Shown here: positions 12,840 to 26,910 of the stretch, in pieces
Numbering within the stretch: the stretch's first letter is position 1
Layout of the letters: each line of letters opens with the position of its first letter
Position numbers and translations under genes: made by a program
The notes under the pieces: generated by a model
Told to the model about the DNA's origin: nothing
The model's input: only the letters and a program-made list of their open reading frames with translations
Databases searched by the model: none
Source: Gracilinanus agilis
Lineage: Eukaryota
DNA length: 64,000 nt
Assembly (NCBI RefSeq): GCF_016433145.1
Contig: NC_058131.1
Span: 314,393,388 to 314,457,387 of the forward strand
Direction of reading: 5' to 3'

Positions 12840-13350
12840 GCAGAATTAAATATTCTATTTGGTTCAGAAAGAGAACTAGGACCAATGAATAACAGTGATA
12901 TAGAGGTGGATTTCAGTTAAATAGAAAGATCATTTAGAGCAGTTCAAAAGCAGAACAATCTTAATAAAAAAACTAGCTGATTGATTGATTGTATTCTTTT
13001 GTAAGGTACTGCAGTCCACCTCTTGAGACTGTCAAGGAACAGTCTGATGACCCTGTTAGGAGTACTATTATTATTTTTTAGACTCTTACCTTCCATCTTA
13101 GAATCAAAACTGAATATTGGTTCCAAGGCAGAAGAGTGACAAGGGCTAGGCAACTGGGGTAAATTGACTTGCCCAAGGTCAAACAACTAAGAAGTGTCTC
13201 AGACTAGCTTTGAGCCCAAAACCTCCCATCTTCAGGCCTGGCTCTCTATCCACTGAGCCACCTAGCTGCTCTTCTGATAGGAGTATTATTGAAGGGATTC
13301 TTATTCAAAAGACTAAATGACCTCTGGGATTGATTCTACCTCTGAGATTC
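12840..13350 (+). mobile_element. L3/CR1 3' fragment, with an antisense Mdo-type SINE at about 13075-13271
   Basis: CR1-like tail on both sides of ttttagactcttaccttccatcttagaatc...ccacctagctgct. Confidence 0.7.
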
Positions 13351-14029
13351 TATCTTAGGAACTGAGAAGAAAAATAACAAAGGCCCGAAGCAAGATGGGA
13401 TGGAAAGAACGACACACTTAAATCTGCTCAGTTAGGAGTTAGAAAACCCCTGGGTTTAAATTCTGGCTCTGAATAGGTCACTTAACATCTCCCACATCTC
13501 AGTTTCTTTCCCTATTAATGAGGGGGTTGGTCTAAATTCTTGCTAAAATCTCTGCCAGCTCTAAATCCTCTGATCCTATGAGAGAGATAATAACAACCCC
13601 ACATTTCTATAGTACTTTCTGACCTAAAAAATATTTTCTTCACGGCAACACTCCAAAGTAAGTGGTACAGCCTCCATTTTACAGAGGAGGAAACACAGGG
13701 GACTTATGCAAGGTCATGTAGCTAATAAATTACAAAGACAAGTCAAACTCAGTCGTCTTTAAGACCAGTGTTTTTTTTCCACTCCAAAATGTAATTTTTG
13801 TTTCTTGTACTAATATCTTAGGTTTCCTTCACAGAAAAGCTCCACTGGTACACACTGCTCTATACATTCTTCCTCTATTGTTGGGAGAACATTCTCTTTT
13901 GTTGGGATACTTTAGGTTTTCATTTTTATACCACTCATGGCATAGGAAGCTACTAATATACCACAGAGGCCTATGATATCAGTACTGTTCATTATGACCT
14001 TTTTCTTAATACCTCCTTCAAGGATGATG

Positions 14030-14250
14030 GGCAGTTAGGTGTATAGTGGATAGAGCACTAGGCTTGGAATCAGGAACACTCATCTTCATGAGTTCAGATC
14101 TGGTCTCAGACATTTAGTAGTGAGGTGACCCTGGGAAAGTCACTTACCCCTTGTTTGCCTCTTTCCTTATCTTATCTGTAAAATGTAAACCACTCCAATA
14201 TTGGATATGAAGAGTTAGACATGACTGAAAAGACTAAACAGTAACAAATC
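14030..14250 (+). mobile_element. MAR1 SINE
   Basis: gggcagttaggtgtatagtggatagagcac...gaagagttagacatgactgaaaagactaaacag. Confidence 0.85.
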
Positions 14251-14299
14251 AGGGATGATAGATGAAGCTGTAAGGAAATGCACTGAAGCTTTGGGTGAT

Positions 14300-15800
14300 G
14301 TTTTATCAACAAATCTCATCTGGGTTGTGTGGTTTGCCAATCTTTGCTTATCTTCTATAGTTATGCTTCTTGATCTCTGCATGGTATCTGACACTCTTGG
14401 CTACTCTTCCCTCCTATGATATTGCTCTCTCCTAGTTCTTCTCCTATCCATCTGACTGGTCTTTCTCACTTTCCTTTGCTGGCTCAGTATTCATGTCATG
14501 CCCCTAACTGTGGATGTCCCCCAAGGCTCTGTATTGAGTCCTCAGGTCCTATTGGTTTACTTAATATCTCTACCCAGACTTCCTGATCAAGCCCTGGTTC
14601 TCTTCTAAGCCCCAGTTCTGAACCAGTGACCTACTACACACTTTAAACTGGATGTCACATAAGCATTTCGACTCAATATGTTCAAAACATGTTCTCTTTT
14701 TGCCTACCTCCCATAAGCTTTCCACCCTTCTTCCAAATGTCCTGTTTCTGTAGAGGACACCACTGTCCTTCCAGTCATCTAGTTTTGCAACTTCAGTATT
14801 ATCACTTGCTCTTCACTCTCTGTTGCCTCATATACCCCATAAGTTGCCAAATCTTGTTTCTACATCCATGACGTCTTGTATATATGACCCCTTTTCTCTA
14901 CTCACACAGTCGCTACCTTAGTTCAAGCATTTAACACCTTTTACCTGAACTACTATAATAGCCTCCTAAATGGAAACTTTGCCTCAAGGCTATTGCCTTT
15001 TCAATCTATCCTTCATATACAGCATTCCTAAAGACTCCCACCTATCCAGGTAACTCCAGAGATTTCCTCTTACTTCTAGGATCAAATAGAAACTTCTCTT
15101 TTTGGCATTTAGAGTTCTTCATCCCTGGTCCTATCTAGCCTACTAACCTTCTTACCCTTCAGATTTACATTCTGAGTTCTCTGACCTAACCATATCACCC
15201 TTCTTATTGTCCTCCATGTCATACATATTATTTCTCCTCTCTAAGCATCTACAGTGGCTGTCCCCCCTATGCCTGGAATGCTTTATCTCTTCACCTCCTC
15301 CTCTCAGAATCAATGGCTTCTTTCAAGATTCAGCTCAAATGGCACTTTTCTACAGAAGGCCTTTCCTGGTTCCTCCTCCCCCCCACCCCCACCCCCCAAC
15401 TATAAGTGCCTCCCCTTCTTCCAAGATAATGTAGAATCTTTTTTTTAAAACCTTTATCTTCCATCTTAGAATTAAACTATATATTGGTTCTAAAGTAGGA
15501 GAGCATTAAGGGTAAAACAATGAGGGTTAAGTGACTTGCCCAGGGTCATATAGCTAGGAAGTTCTGAGGCCAGATTTGAACTGAGAACCTCATCTCTAGC
15601 CCTGGCTCTCTATTCATTGATCCACCTAGCTGCCCCTCGTATACCTGTTTTGCACATATCTATATATGGGCATATTGTCTCTCATTTTGTAATGTAACCC
15701 TTGTGGGCTGACTATTCATTTTTGTCATTGTATCCCCAGTGCCTAGCATGGTCCCTGGAATATAGTAAACACTTAGTAACTGCTTGTGTCTTGATTAATA
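14300..15800 (+). mobile_element. Long L2, with an antisense Mdo-type SINE at about 15441-15636
   Basis: Continuous L2 3' region to its terminal cagtgcctagcatgg...gtaaacacttagtaactgcttg. Confidence 0.85.
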
Positions 15801-15905
15801 GTAAGCATGTGGAATGTAAGTTCCCCAAATGGTTCATCAATGTGTCAAAAATGCTATACTTAATATGTGTGGTGAAGAAAATGGGCATTGAATATATTCC
15901 CTTAC

Positions 15906-15980
15906 CTCATCTGAAGAGCCGTTTTCCACTCTGAATCTTCCAGCTCTTTGTATGGCTCCATCAGCATCACTAGAAATAAG
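15906..15980 (-). CDS. GARNL3: GARNL3 coding exon (75 nt): LISSDADGAIQRAGRFRVENGSSDE
   Basis: Acceptor tttttcctag and donor gag|gtaagg; phase 0-0. Matches recalled human GARNL3. Confidence 0.98.
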
Positions 15981-17269
15981 CTAGGAAAAACATAAGGATT
16001 AAAATTAGGCAGGCAGTTCCTGATTTCTGAAACTCCCTTTTGTCTTAACACATCTAAGAATCAAAATTCAAGAATGGGAAGTAAAAGAACAGAGTGGCAG
16101 TTTTTAAGGTGAGTTCTACCAGCTAACCAGGCAAACATCCATTTATTCTTAACTCAAAGAGCCTTCAGGGAGCATGATTAATTGTGGCAATATAAAAAAA
16201 AAAAGATTTTCATTAAGTTTTGCTACTAGGAGGAAGTCACTATTTGTGCTGGTAATATTAAAATGAGTCACATCAAAGAGCAGATAATGTCAAAAACAAA
16301 AAATGTGAAAGGTACAATGATAAAAGACTGAAATCCAAACCAAAGGTATTTTCATGGCACTATTTTCCTTGTAACAATATTGTTAATAGAATTTTCATCT
16401 AAATAAGTGGAAAGGCTTAGATGGTAAAAAAGGAATTAGCCTGCCACAAATTCAGGCTTTGAAAAGGAAAGCCAAATGTCCAGTAACTGGCTGGCATGAA
16501 ATTAGAACTCTAGTAGTATTATTAGAAAGCCATATTGAGTTATTTAGTTTAAGATGGCTTAAGAAAATTCCTTTCCAAATTTGGCAGATTGTATTTTAGC
16601 TCTAGGTACAGTCTATGATTACACATAATCTTCAAGGCAAAGTTATGATTTAATTCTGGAGGACAGGGAGTGAGGAGGGAAAATGTGGTTTGGCAAATAA
16701 ATATTGATCATTATCTTTAAACTGCTGATTCAAGATTCGTCATCTTTCCTCTTCCTGAATTTCTAAATAACAAGCCTGGAAATTCACATGCTCCTCCTCT
16801 CCTCTTTTTTTCCCCTTCCAATTTAGAGCCTGCAATAGGCTTTGTATCATACAAACTATGGTTAAGAAGGAAAAAAAAAAAGCTTGAAAAGTCCTTTCCA
16901 GAAAATGGGGAAAAAAAGTTTATAAATTTTAATTATTGAATTCATTGTTTCAAACAAGGAAGCTACTGATACGTTGCTTTATTTTTCAAAAATATTTTCT
17001 AAGGAACTATGCTATAGGAAATTTTTCTCTACATAGGAAGAAGGCCTATATCTGTAATTTCATTGTTATAGAGAACTTCTAATAAGGACATTTCCTCTAC
17101 CTTTGTAGGTCATGACTTTCTTGGTAACTTCTGGTCTTAGAGAGATGCTTAGAACATTGAGCGTTAAATGATCTGCCCAGAGTCACAGAGTCAGTATGGA
17201 TCAGGAGTGGTTCTCCTGGCTCCCAGCCTAACTGTATTCACTTACTACACCACACTGCCTCTACATATA

Positions 17270-18300
17270 CTTCAGCAGTGTCATCCACTCCCAGCTTTAA
17301 CTACCACCTTTATGGATGACTCTCAAATCCATACAGTTAGTGTGTTTCCCTCAGTTTCTTTAATTCTATATTGTTTCCCAAGCAATTCAAACTCAAAATG
17401 TCTAAAACCAAATTTATCAACTTTTCCCCAAAACTACAACCTTTCTCATGTCGCTTACTTCTGTAAATGGGGCAAGCCACTTATTAATTTGGTTATATTT
17501 GATTTTCTTCCTCTCCCTTTCCCTAGCCCTGACTTTTTCCTAGGTTCTGTTGAATCTTCCTTCATAATATCTCTGGAATTTCTCTTTTTCTTTCTATTCA
17601 CCCTATCACAACCCAGATTCTCACTTCATCATGGCTGGATACTTTAGAGCAGTCTTCCCATTGGTGTTCCTTTCTCTAATCTATCATACCTAGTTTATCA
17701 GATTAATTTTCCTAAAACACTACTTTATTTGTCATATTTTCCTTCAAAAACCTTCAAAAGCTTACCTCTTGCTTAAAAGATTTAGTCAAAATTCCTGACT
17801 GCAGAATTCAAGGCCCTTCATAATTCAGCCCTTATCTACATCTTCAAATAACTACTTCTTTAAGCTAACCACTCAATAAAGTCTAACTCACTAGTTTAAT
17901 TATTGTTACCCAAACATGCCAAGTTCATCTCTGACTCTGCTTCTTTGTGTGTGATAGCTCTTACCCTGGAATGTCCTCTACCTTCATTTCTCCTTACCTG
18001 TATCCAATCTGTCCAGTAAGACCTAATTCAACTTTTAGTTCCTCTACAACACTTTTATCAGCCTCTTCAGCCTTTAAAGAACTCTGCTTCTTTCAATTCT
18101 TATAGTATTTATTGCCAAATGAAGCGATATGGAAAACGCATGCTATCTTTTATTTGTCTATTTATGCAACATATATCTTATCTCTTTAAATAGCCAAAGC
18201 TTCTTAGGGGCGAATACCATTATTTCATATGCCTTTATCTCCCTCACTGCCTAGCATAATGCCTAGAATAAAACAGTAATAAACGTTGGGTTTTAATGAC
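17270..18300 (+). mobile_element. L2 LINE
   Basis: atggatgactctcaaatc...ttttcctaaaacacatactt...cctagcataatgcctagaata. Confidence 0.75.
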
Positions 18301-18539
18301 ATGAAACAAAAGAAGCATCAGAACTATAAACATACTCTGGGCAGAGCTGACTGTGCCTGTCTTTGATTGCTAATTTCACTTCAATGCTGAGGGATTTGGG
18401 GTGCGTGAGAAAGAAGCATTTTCCTATAAAAAAAGGCTGGGATAAAACCAGGGTTGGATTAAATAGTGGTAAGTAATAGTTAAATATTCGTGAGAAAACT
18501 GCCAAACTCTACCTAAGTGTTTGTTGAACATTTCCTCTA

Positions 18540-18905
18540 ATTACAGGAATTTAGTGCTGGAAGGGAATTTAGAATTAATCCAAGCCAGATGAGGAAATTT
18601 GACAAGCAGAGAAGGGAAGGGGCTTACTTCATATCAGAGAGGAGTAAAAGGTGGAGCCAGGATTCAAACTCAAGTCTTAACTCCAGATCCACAGTGTTTT
18701 TCCACTACACCATTTTGCCTTATGTCAAATCATTCTGGTTCATCCTTTCAAGAGGGGAAGGGAAAAAGCATTTAAGTACCTACTATATACCAGGAACTGT
18801 GCTAAGTAAGCACTTCACAAATACTATTTCATTTGATCCTCACAACAATCCTGGAAGGCAGGCGCTATTATGCCTCATTTTGCAGGGGAAGAAACTGAGG
18901 CTGAC
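18540..18905 (-). mobile_element. Two adjacent MIR-type SINE fragments
   Basis: gatgaggaaatttgacaag...ccaggattcaaactc, and ttgatcctcacaacaatcctgg...gaaactgaggc. Confidence 0.75.
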
Positions 18906-20590
18906 CTGCTTGGTATTTTAAAATGCTGTTGGGCCTGGATGTTTTGAATAAAGAGGTTGGTTTTCAAAGGAACATATCATCTAGATGTAGAAGTGACTAT
19001 TGATTTAATTTGATTTTTTAAAAGGACATTGAAAGGAAAATGGTCTTATCTAGATTTCTGACAAATGCATGTACTTTTAACATTCAAACTAAAACTTCAC
19101 TGCACATCTGATGACAATTTATACCCCAATTTTAGGGAAAGTACCAAAAAGGAAGTAAAGAGTTGCTATAAGTACTGAGTTTGCAAACTTAAACAATAGA
19201 AAATACCAAAGGAAAAAGTCAGTCACTAAAATTCTATTTACTGATCTTCACTCATTCATATTAAATATTATGTGTTGAATGCCTACCATAGGCAGGCAAC
19301 AAATAGAAGAGGCCACAATGGGGATAAGATAGGAATACAAGAAAGAAACTTTCCTTACCCTCCGGGAACTTTAAAATCTGGTAGAGGGTATAAGACAAGT
19401 ACACAAACAAATGCCAGCTTCAACACAGACCTAAAGGAGAAACTCTTTAAGGTATTCATCTGCAAGACAAAGAAGCTACCAACATTCTTCTAGTACAATA
19501 TCAAGGAAACACTATATCAGAAAGATAAATCAAATAAGCTAAACAGGTTTGAAATATAGTCAATACTTATCACAAACCTGCAGGTGCTGTTATTCTTATA
19601 ATGTTCAAATTGTCATTTTGGTTTACCAGAAACACCACCCAGGCATAAATTACATATTAACTGTGTTAACAAATGAGTGCAGTGTTTGAGAGGACCAACT
19701 GTATGTCAGCTTGGATTCCAGGAAAACTAGAAGATCTTAGTTCTACAATGATCTAGTAAAGCTATTTGGACAAAAAGTCACAGGCTTGTGAGGCATCTGA
19801 CTATGAAAACTAAGTTGATGCTTGTTGCATTTCCGATAAGAGAAAGACTAGGATCCTGGGTAGTTGCACAGAATTTCAGAGTTGGAAGGGACCCGTAGTC
19901 CAACCCACATCAGAAAGAATCCCTCTAAGTTCAACAATGACCTTCCAATCATGAAGACCTCCAGTGGGGGAAGGAGAACTTGCTACCTCCAAGACATCCC
20001 GTTTCCCTTTCAAATGATCTAATTAATAAGATTTTTTTTCTTATATCATCATAAACTTGTTTCTGTGCAGCTTTTACTCATTAATCCCATTTAAAATGTC
20101 TTTAAAAGCCTCCCAGCTGAGGACCACCAAGGTCCTAATCAAGTTAATAAACATTTATCAAGCACCTATTATGTGTCACATTTCATACTGGAACAATACT
20201 ATGTGAACTAGCCATGTGAAAGGTCGATGGATTTCAATGCCATGTGGATGGTAGGCTGATTGTATTACTACAGTCCAGCCTAGATCTATGGATGGCTTTC
20301 CAATGACATGTGTATTGTATTTCTATGTATTTGGGGTGAGGGGCCAAGTCTTAAATTTCATCAGTATTAGCTATACAGAAATTCAGATCAGCAGCTCATC
20401 TAAAACTTAAATTCTTAAGAAGTTGACTGGGGTATTAAAAATATAAGTGAATGACCCCTGGGCACACAGCTGAAATGTGTCAGAAATGGGGTTGGAATGC
20501 AGTGTTTCCTGATTTCAAAGCTCATCCTTTTTCCACTGTAATGCACACACATTTCAAATCCCTAAAAAATACAATGTAAGTTGTCTACTC

Positions 20591-20790
20591 AGGGCAGCTA
20601 TGGCTCAGTGGAAAGAAAGTCAGCTCTAGAAATGGAAGTTCTGTATTCAAATCTGATCTCAGACACCTTCCTAACTATGTGACCCTGGGCAAGTCACTTA
20701 GCCTTGATTGCCTACCCCTTGTTGCTCTTCTGACTTGGAACTGATACAGTATTGATTTAAGACAGAAGATAAGAGTTTTTTAAAAAAGAG
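20591..20790 (+). mobile_element. Mdo-type CORE-SINE
   Basis: agggcagctatggctcagtgg...gtgaccctgggcaagtcactta...taagacagaagataagagttttttaaaa. Confidence 0.85.
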
Positions 20791-22083
20791 AGAAAAGGAA
20801 AGAGCCTGCTCTTTCTTTTGCTATAAAAAATTTGTTGATAGCTTTTGTTTTTACATCACTATATTTCCCAATGTATCTTTCTCTCTACCCTCTGCTAGAG
20901 AGCAAAAATAAAAGAACAAAGAATTTTAAAAGGGGGAGAAGACACAATTTGGCAAAATTAGCTAACATAGTAAAGAAGTCCAACATTATATATCACGTTT
21001 CACAAGATTCCCCCACCTTTACAAAGACTATTGTTTGCCAATTGTGAAAACACATTTGGTTATGGCAAAATGTTATTTTAAAGGCACGTTTCTAACATGA
21101 CATCTCATATCCATACATCAAAATCATTCAAAATTCTATGAAAATAACAAAAGAAAGTCTTATTTAATAACCTTTTAATCATAAGCAATAGATGAGGCAC
21201 AAAAATAGAGAGATGCATACTCAAAAGTCTGGGGACAATGCAGAATCTAAGTTGAAGAAGGATTCTCTGTAGAGGCGGAAGGTTTCCAAATGCTCCTATT
21301 GGTGGAAGACATTGTGCTGGCTGTATCAAGCCTTGGCACACTGAAGAGTCTCTAGGAAAAGATCTGTAATTACTCAAAAGAATTTGTCCTCACTATGCAA
21401 GAAAAGCCAAGTGAATGAAAAATTTCTATTTATATATATATATATATATATAGTTATCAAAAAATTGAATATACAAAGTATTATTGAGAGTAATTAAATG
21501 ACTAATAATCAAAATCAATTCATGATACTAATACAAAAGGCAAATTTGACCTCATGGATATCACTGAGACATGGTGAGATGAGACCCATGAATAGAATAT
21601 GGCTCCAAAAGGTTATACTTTATATAAAAGAAAGGAGATAGATAAGGGAGGAAGAAGTATGACATCACTGTAATATTAAAAAGATATATTCTTCTGGGCA
21701 AATATAAGGACAAGACGGTGGAAATATACTGGAAAGCATTTGAGAAAAGGTCATTAAGGAGAGAAATAAGCAGTACCATCATAGAAGTACTCTATAAATC
21801 AGCAAGAAAGTAAGAGGAAACAAATAAAGAGTTTAGAACAGACAAAACAGATGGAAGCCTGATATAGTAGTAGAGCAATGATGGGTGACTTGAACTATCC
21901 AGATATCTGATGGAGACACAAATTGAGGCAGCTAATAATTTATTTACTTTCCTCAAAAGATAAAGAACTTACAAGAAGCATATCTTTTCTGGGTGCTCAT
22001 TCTCACCAACAGGGAAGGGACTAGTTGTTGAGATGGAAATGATGGAAATCTTAAGGAAAGTGACTACTCTATCTTTTAATTTT

Positions 22084-22215
22084 TTAAATTTTTTAATCAT
22101 TTATTAATATTCATTTTTAACATGGTTACATGATTCATGCTCCTACTTTCCCCTTCACCCCCCACACTTCCCCCACCCATGGCCGATGCACATTTCCACT
22201 GGTTTTTATCATGTT
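22084..22215 (-). mobile_element. 5'-truncated L1 3' end inserted in L3
   Basis: Reverse complement of aaaccagtggaaatgtgcatcggcc...catgaatcatgtaaccatg. TSD-like cttttaatttt on both sides. Confidence 0.85.
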
Positions 22216-23394
22216 ACCTTTTAATTTTTAACAGAGAAGGAAGGAGAAGCCAGGAACAGCCCAACAGTACCTTGGATTTTGGGAAGGCAGATATGAAACG
22301 GTTCCAAGGGGTTCAAAGATGGGACACTTTCAAGAATGGAATTTTGAAGTCACTGGGTAACAATTCCAAGGAGGAAGGAAAAAAGGAATTGTTGCAAGAG
22401 TAATTTTGATGCACAGGGAACTCACCAACCAACTTAGATTTTAAAGACTTGTATAGAAGATAGAAGTAAGATAGAGAGCAAAAAATGAATATAAAAGCAT
22501 GGAATAGTCTTGTAAGAATAGTGTCAGGAGTCTGAAATTAAAAAGGAATTGAGGTTAGAGAGGAAAGCTAAGAACAACTGAACAGGTAAATTGATTTGTT
22601 TTAACCATACCTGGAGAAAATAAGATCAAAGAACAGATAAAACTACTGCTTGTGGTGGTTGGGACAAAAATAAATATTTATTTTTGTTTACTTGTTATTT
22701 ATCTATTTTTATTTTATTTTTGTTTTTTTCTTCTGTCAAAGAAAAGGATCTTTGGATTGGAAAGCACTGAACAAAATTGCTAATAGAGAACTGATATTCA
22801 AGATAAAAATAGGAGATATTAGGAGACTATCTAGCAAAACTACATCTTTGTGTACTGAAGAAACTGGCATATGTGACTGACTGCTAAGCCTGTCAGTGAT
22901 CTATGAAAGTTTGTGAAGAACTGGAGAGGTTCCACAAGACGGGAGCAAAATAAATGTCCCAATTTTCAGAAAATGGAAGTGAACAGAGCATGTAAACTAT
23001 GGACCAGTGAGCTTGATTTCAATACCTGCCAAAATTCTACAGTTTACCTAGATTTCAGCAAAGTATCTCATTCTATTCTTGTGGAAAATATGAGTTAATT
23101 AATAGTACAGTTAGGTGAATTTGGGACTGGGTTGAATACTCATATCTAGAATTTAACATCAATTAATACTTTGATAGCAATCTGAAAGAGAGTCTGCAAT
23201 GGAGTGCCCTAGGGCTCTGTTCTTGGCTTTAGGCTATTTAATGATTTTATCCATGATGGCATATTTATTAAATTTATGAATGACCCCAAATTGGAAGAGA
23301 GAGCCAACATACAGGTTGACAGAGTCAGGATTCAAAATGATCTTGGCAATCTAAAGCATTGAGCCAAATTGAATAATATGAAATATAATAAGGA

Positions 23395-24255
23395 TGATTC
23401 AATACTTCAATTTGAAAGGCATTTGTAGTGCCTTTTATGTGTCGGCACCGTGCGAGGTACGAAAGATACAATGACAAAAATGAAAGAGTTCCTGAATTTG
23501 TGGACCTTACATTTTATTAGAAAATAAACTATGTACAAAGATAAGTAAATATACAATAAATACAAATTAATTTTGGGATTTAAAGAGTACTAACAACCTG
23601 GGGAATCAGAAAATTCCTCTTATAAGAGATGGCCTTAGATTCAAGCCTGGAAGGGAGGTACAGGTTCCAAGGAGCAAGGGTAAGGAGGGAGAGAATTTCA
23701 GATACCAGAGATAACCTTTTGCAAAGGCATACCCATGTTGAGAGAGATATAAATTGCAAGTGGGCCAGTTTGGCTGAAACACAATGTACTAGAGTAATGC
23801 GTAATTACTTTGATGGGCTAAAAGTTCAACATGAAGACAGCTTGACAACTGATTGTAAGGGGCTATAAAGGCCAGACAAGTAAGTTTGTATTTTATCTGC
23901 AAGACAATAGGAAGCCATTGAAAATTCCTGAGAAGGGAAAGTCTGATAATAGAACCATGCTTTAAGAATATCAATTTGGCTGCTGTGTGATAGATGGACT
24001 GGAATAGGAAGAAGCTGGAGGCAGGGAAACAAGTCAGTGATCTCCTGAAATAGTCCAGGCAGAAGATGATGAGCACCTGGATTAGGGTGGTGTGAGGGAA
24101 AGAAAGGACAAATATTCAAGACATGCTGTGGAGGAGGGGAATAGTGAGTGCAGGTGAAGTGTCAAAGATGACCCCTAGATTATCAAGCTGCCTAATTGGA
24201 AGAATGGTGTTTCCCTCAACAGGCATAAGAAAGTCAGGGAGAAGTATAGGTTTAG
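23395..24255 (-). mobile_element. L2 inserted into the L3 fossil
   Basis: L2 3' end antisense at 23400-23500. The L3 RT resumes at about 24260. Confidence 0.8.
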
Positions 24256-25789
24256 GATAAATAAGTCAAGTCTTACAACTGGGTTAAAAAATCAACTTCA
24301 CAAGTACAATATGAAAAGGCATGATTAGATGGCAATCTATTTGAAAAAGATCTGGGAACTCAAATGGTTTGCAAGTTTAATATAAGTCAACCCTGTGATA
24401 TGAGAGCTAAGAAAGTGAATGTGATCTGAGGCTGTCTTAAGAGGCTAGCATCTAGGAAGATGAGAGTGTCCCTGCTCTTGGCCGTAGTCAGACAACTTCT
24501 GGAGTATTATGTTCAGTTTTGGATGCTACCTTTTAGGAAGGATAACCTGGAGAATGTCCAAAAGAAGGCAATCAAGGTTCTGAAAGCCTCTGGGTCATGC
24601 CATATGAGGATCAATTAAAGGACCTGGGACAGGTCCTGCTCTGAGGGGAAAGAGATTGAGGCATGCTCACAAAGAACATTGGCTGCAAATGAGTTCTATT
24701 ACTTTACTGTTTATCTTTGCCCTAAATAAAAATTACTATCTTATTTTAAAAAAACAACAATCACAACAGCCAGGTGGTTGGCCTGAAGTATGGAAGAACT
24801 TGAGTTCAAACTTCAGTCACTAGCTGTGTGACCCTGGGCAAGTCACTTGCCTCTGTCTTCCACAGTTTACTCAATTATAAAATGAAGACAATAACCACAG
24901 GAGGTAATAATAATAAATAGGGACAATTTAGGACAGTTGTGGACAATTAACAAGTTTTAGGACAGTTACGGGAAAGAAAATAAACGGGGACTATTTAGAA
25001 TGAGGAAGAAGATTTTGTAGGGGCATGATAACTTATCTTCAAGTATTTGAAGGTCTGTCAGTCATATGGAAGATGGTAAAGGGAGGGGAGGAAATAAGCA
25101 TTTAAATAAAACCTATTATGTGCCAGGCACAGTGCTAAGCACATAAAAATATTCTCTCTTTTAATCCTCACAATCACCCTGGGAGGTAGATTTTTTTATT
25201 AGCCTCATTCTGTATTTGAGAAAACTGAGAGAAACAGGTCAATTGCCTTGTTCAGGATCATAAAGTCAGTGTCTGAGGCTGGATCTGAACTCTGGTCTTC
25301 CTGACTCCTGCACTCCATCCACTGTTGCACCATTGAGCTGATCTGTTCACCTTGGGCTCAAGGGGCAGAACTGGGAGTGAAGGATAGAAGTTAAAAAGCA
25401 TCAAGTTTATAAGTTTGATGCCTACAAAAATTTCCTAACAATTAAACGATCCCAAACTGGAATGGGTTATCCTGGTAGGCAGAAGGCCACCTCATTGGTG
25501 GTCTTCTTGTAAAAGCTAGAAGCCCATTCATCTGCTTTGTCAGAAAGAGGATTCTTTTTCCATTTCCCAAGCTGGGTTGGAGACCCCTTCAATTCAGAAT
25601 TGTGTAACTCTATAAGTGCAGAACATCTTCCCCCTTTTCTCCCCCCAGGCCAGGCAGTCACACATTGGAACTTTTTCAATTGGACTGATGGAAATTCTCA
25701 GTTTGCAACTGTCTCCAGAACACTGCTGCCTGTGCCTTGGTCAGGCTTTAGGATGACATCCTGGGGCACATCTCAGTCCAGGAAGAACT

Positions 25790-26600
25790 CTTTTCTCCAA
25801 TTTATTATATACCTACAATTGCCCCATCATAGGATACATTCCTAAAGCACAAGTCTGACTATGTTATTCAACACTAAAAAAGCTTCAGTGGTTTCCTATG
25901 GCTTCTACAATCAAACAGAAACTCCTCTATTTGGTATTTAAAGCACTTCCTAATCTGGTTCTAGCCAACATTTCTGGGCTCTTTGAATAATTAGTCTCCT
26001 TTGCACACAGTGTTTCCGACAAACTGACCTACTTACTTTGACATTCTATCTCTCCTGCCCCCAGGCCTTTGCACAGGCTGTCTCCCCTGCCTGAAGCACA
26101 TTCCCTCTTCAATGGTCTCACAAAACCTCTAGATTCCTTCAAAAGCTCCATTAAGCAGGGCAGCTAGGTGGCTCAGTGGATTGAGAGCCAGGCCCAAAGA
26201 TGTGGAGGTCCTGGGTTCAAATCTTCCTAGCTGTGTGACCCTAGGCAAGTCACTTAACACTACTGTCTTGCCTTTGCTGCTCTTCTGCCTCCGAATGAAT
26301 ACACAGTACAGATTCTAAGACAACCAGCAAGGGTTTAAAAAAGGAAAAAAGCTCCATTCAAATGCTACCTCCCAAACAATGCCTTTTCTGATCCTCCCTC
26401 TGCAGCTTCTGCCTCTCCTCCACCCCCAGAATATACTTTGCATTTGCTTTCTGTGTGCATGCATGTTCATTTGCATATATGTACATATGTGTATGCATGT
26501 TTACTGCTCTGTCCAAGTGATATAGATTTCCCCTGACAAAATATAGGATTCTTGATGGCAGGGACGCTTTCATTTTTTTCTTTGATCCCCAGTGAACACA
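25790..26600 (+). mobile_element. L2, with a nested Mdo-type SINE at 26158-26350
   Basis: SINE TSD aaaagctccatt at 26141-26152 and 26347-26358. L2 is continuous across it. Confidence 0.85.
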
Positions 26601-26699
26601 CAGGAGGTACTTAATCTCAGCTTGCCACCTCAGCTGCCCATGGCCATCCACTTATGAAGTGTCCTAGCCAGGATTAGAACTCTGATGCAGCACGTTATT

Positions 26700-26910
26700 T
26701 ACTCCACCACGATATCCACCCATCTCTCCACAAAGAGCCAGCATGACTTCATCATGATTAGGTCATGCCAGACTAACCTCATTTCCTTTTTTTAACAGGG
26801 TTATTGGATCAGAAGGATACTATGAAGAGAGTCTACTGAGATTCTAGCAAAACATTTGACAAAACTGTGAAATGCTACCCCAAGTGGAAAATATGGAGAG
26901 ATGTGGGCTA
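26700..26910 (+). mobile_element. L3/CR1 RT fragment
   Basis: agccagcatgacttcatc...aggtcatgccagactaacctcatttcc...gattctagcaaaacatttgacaaa. Confidence 0.75.

Larger units (their letters stand above)
21480..25520 (+). mobile_element. Long fragmented L3/CR1 ORF2 fossil (endonuclease to RT to 3' end) with nested insertions
   Basis: EN motif MGDLNYPDI*W at about 21881-21912. RT motif GVP*GSVLG at 23201-23227. CR1 3' tail at about 25340-25520. Confidence 0.85.
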
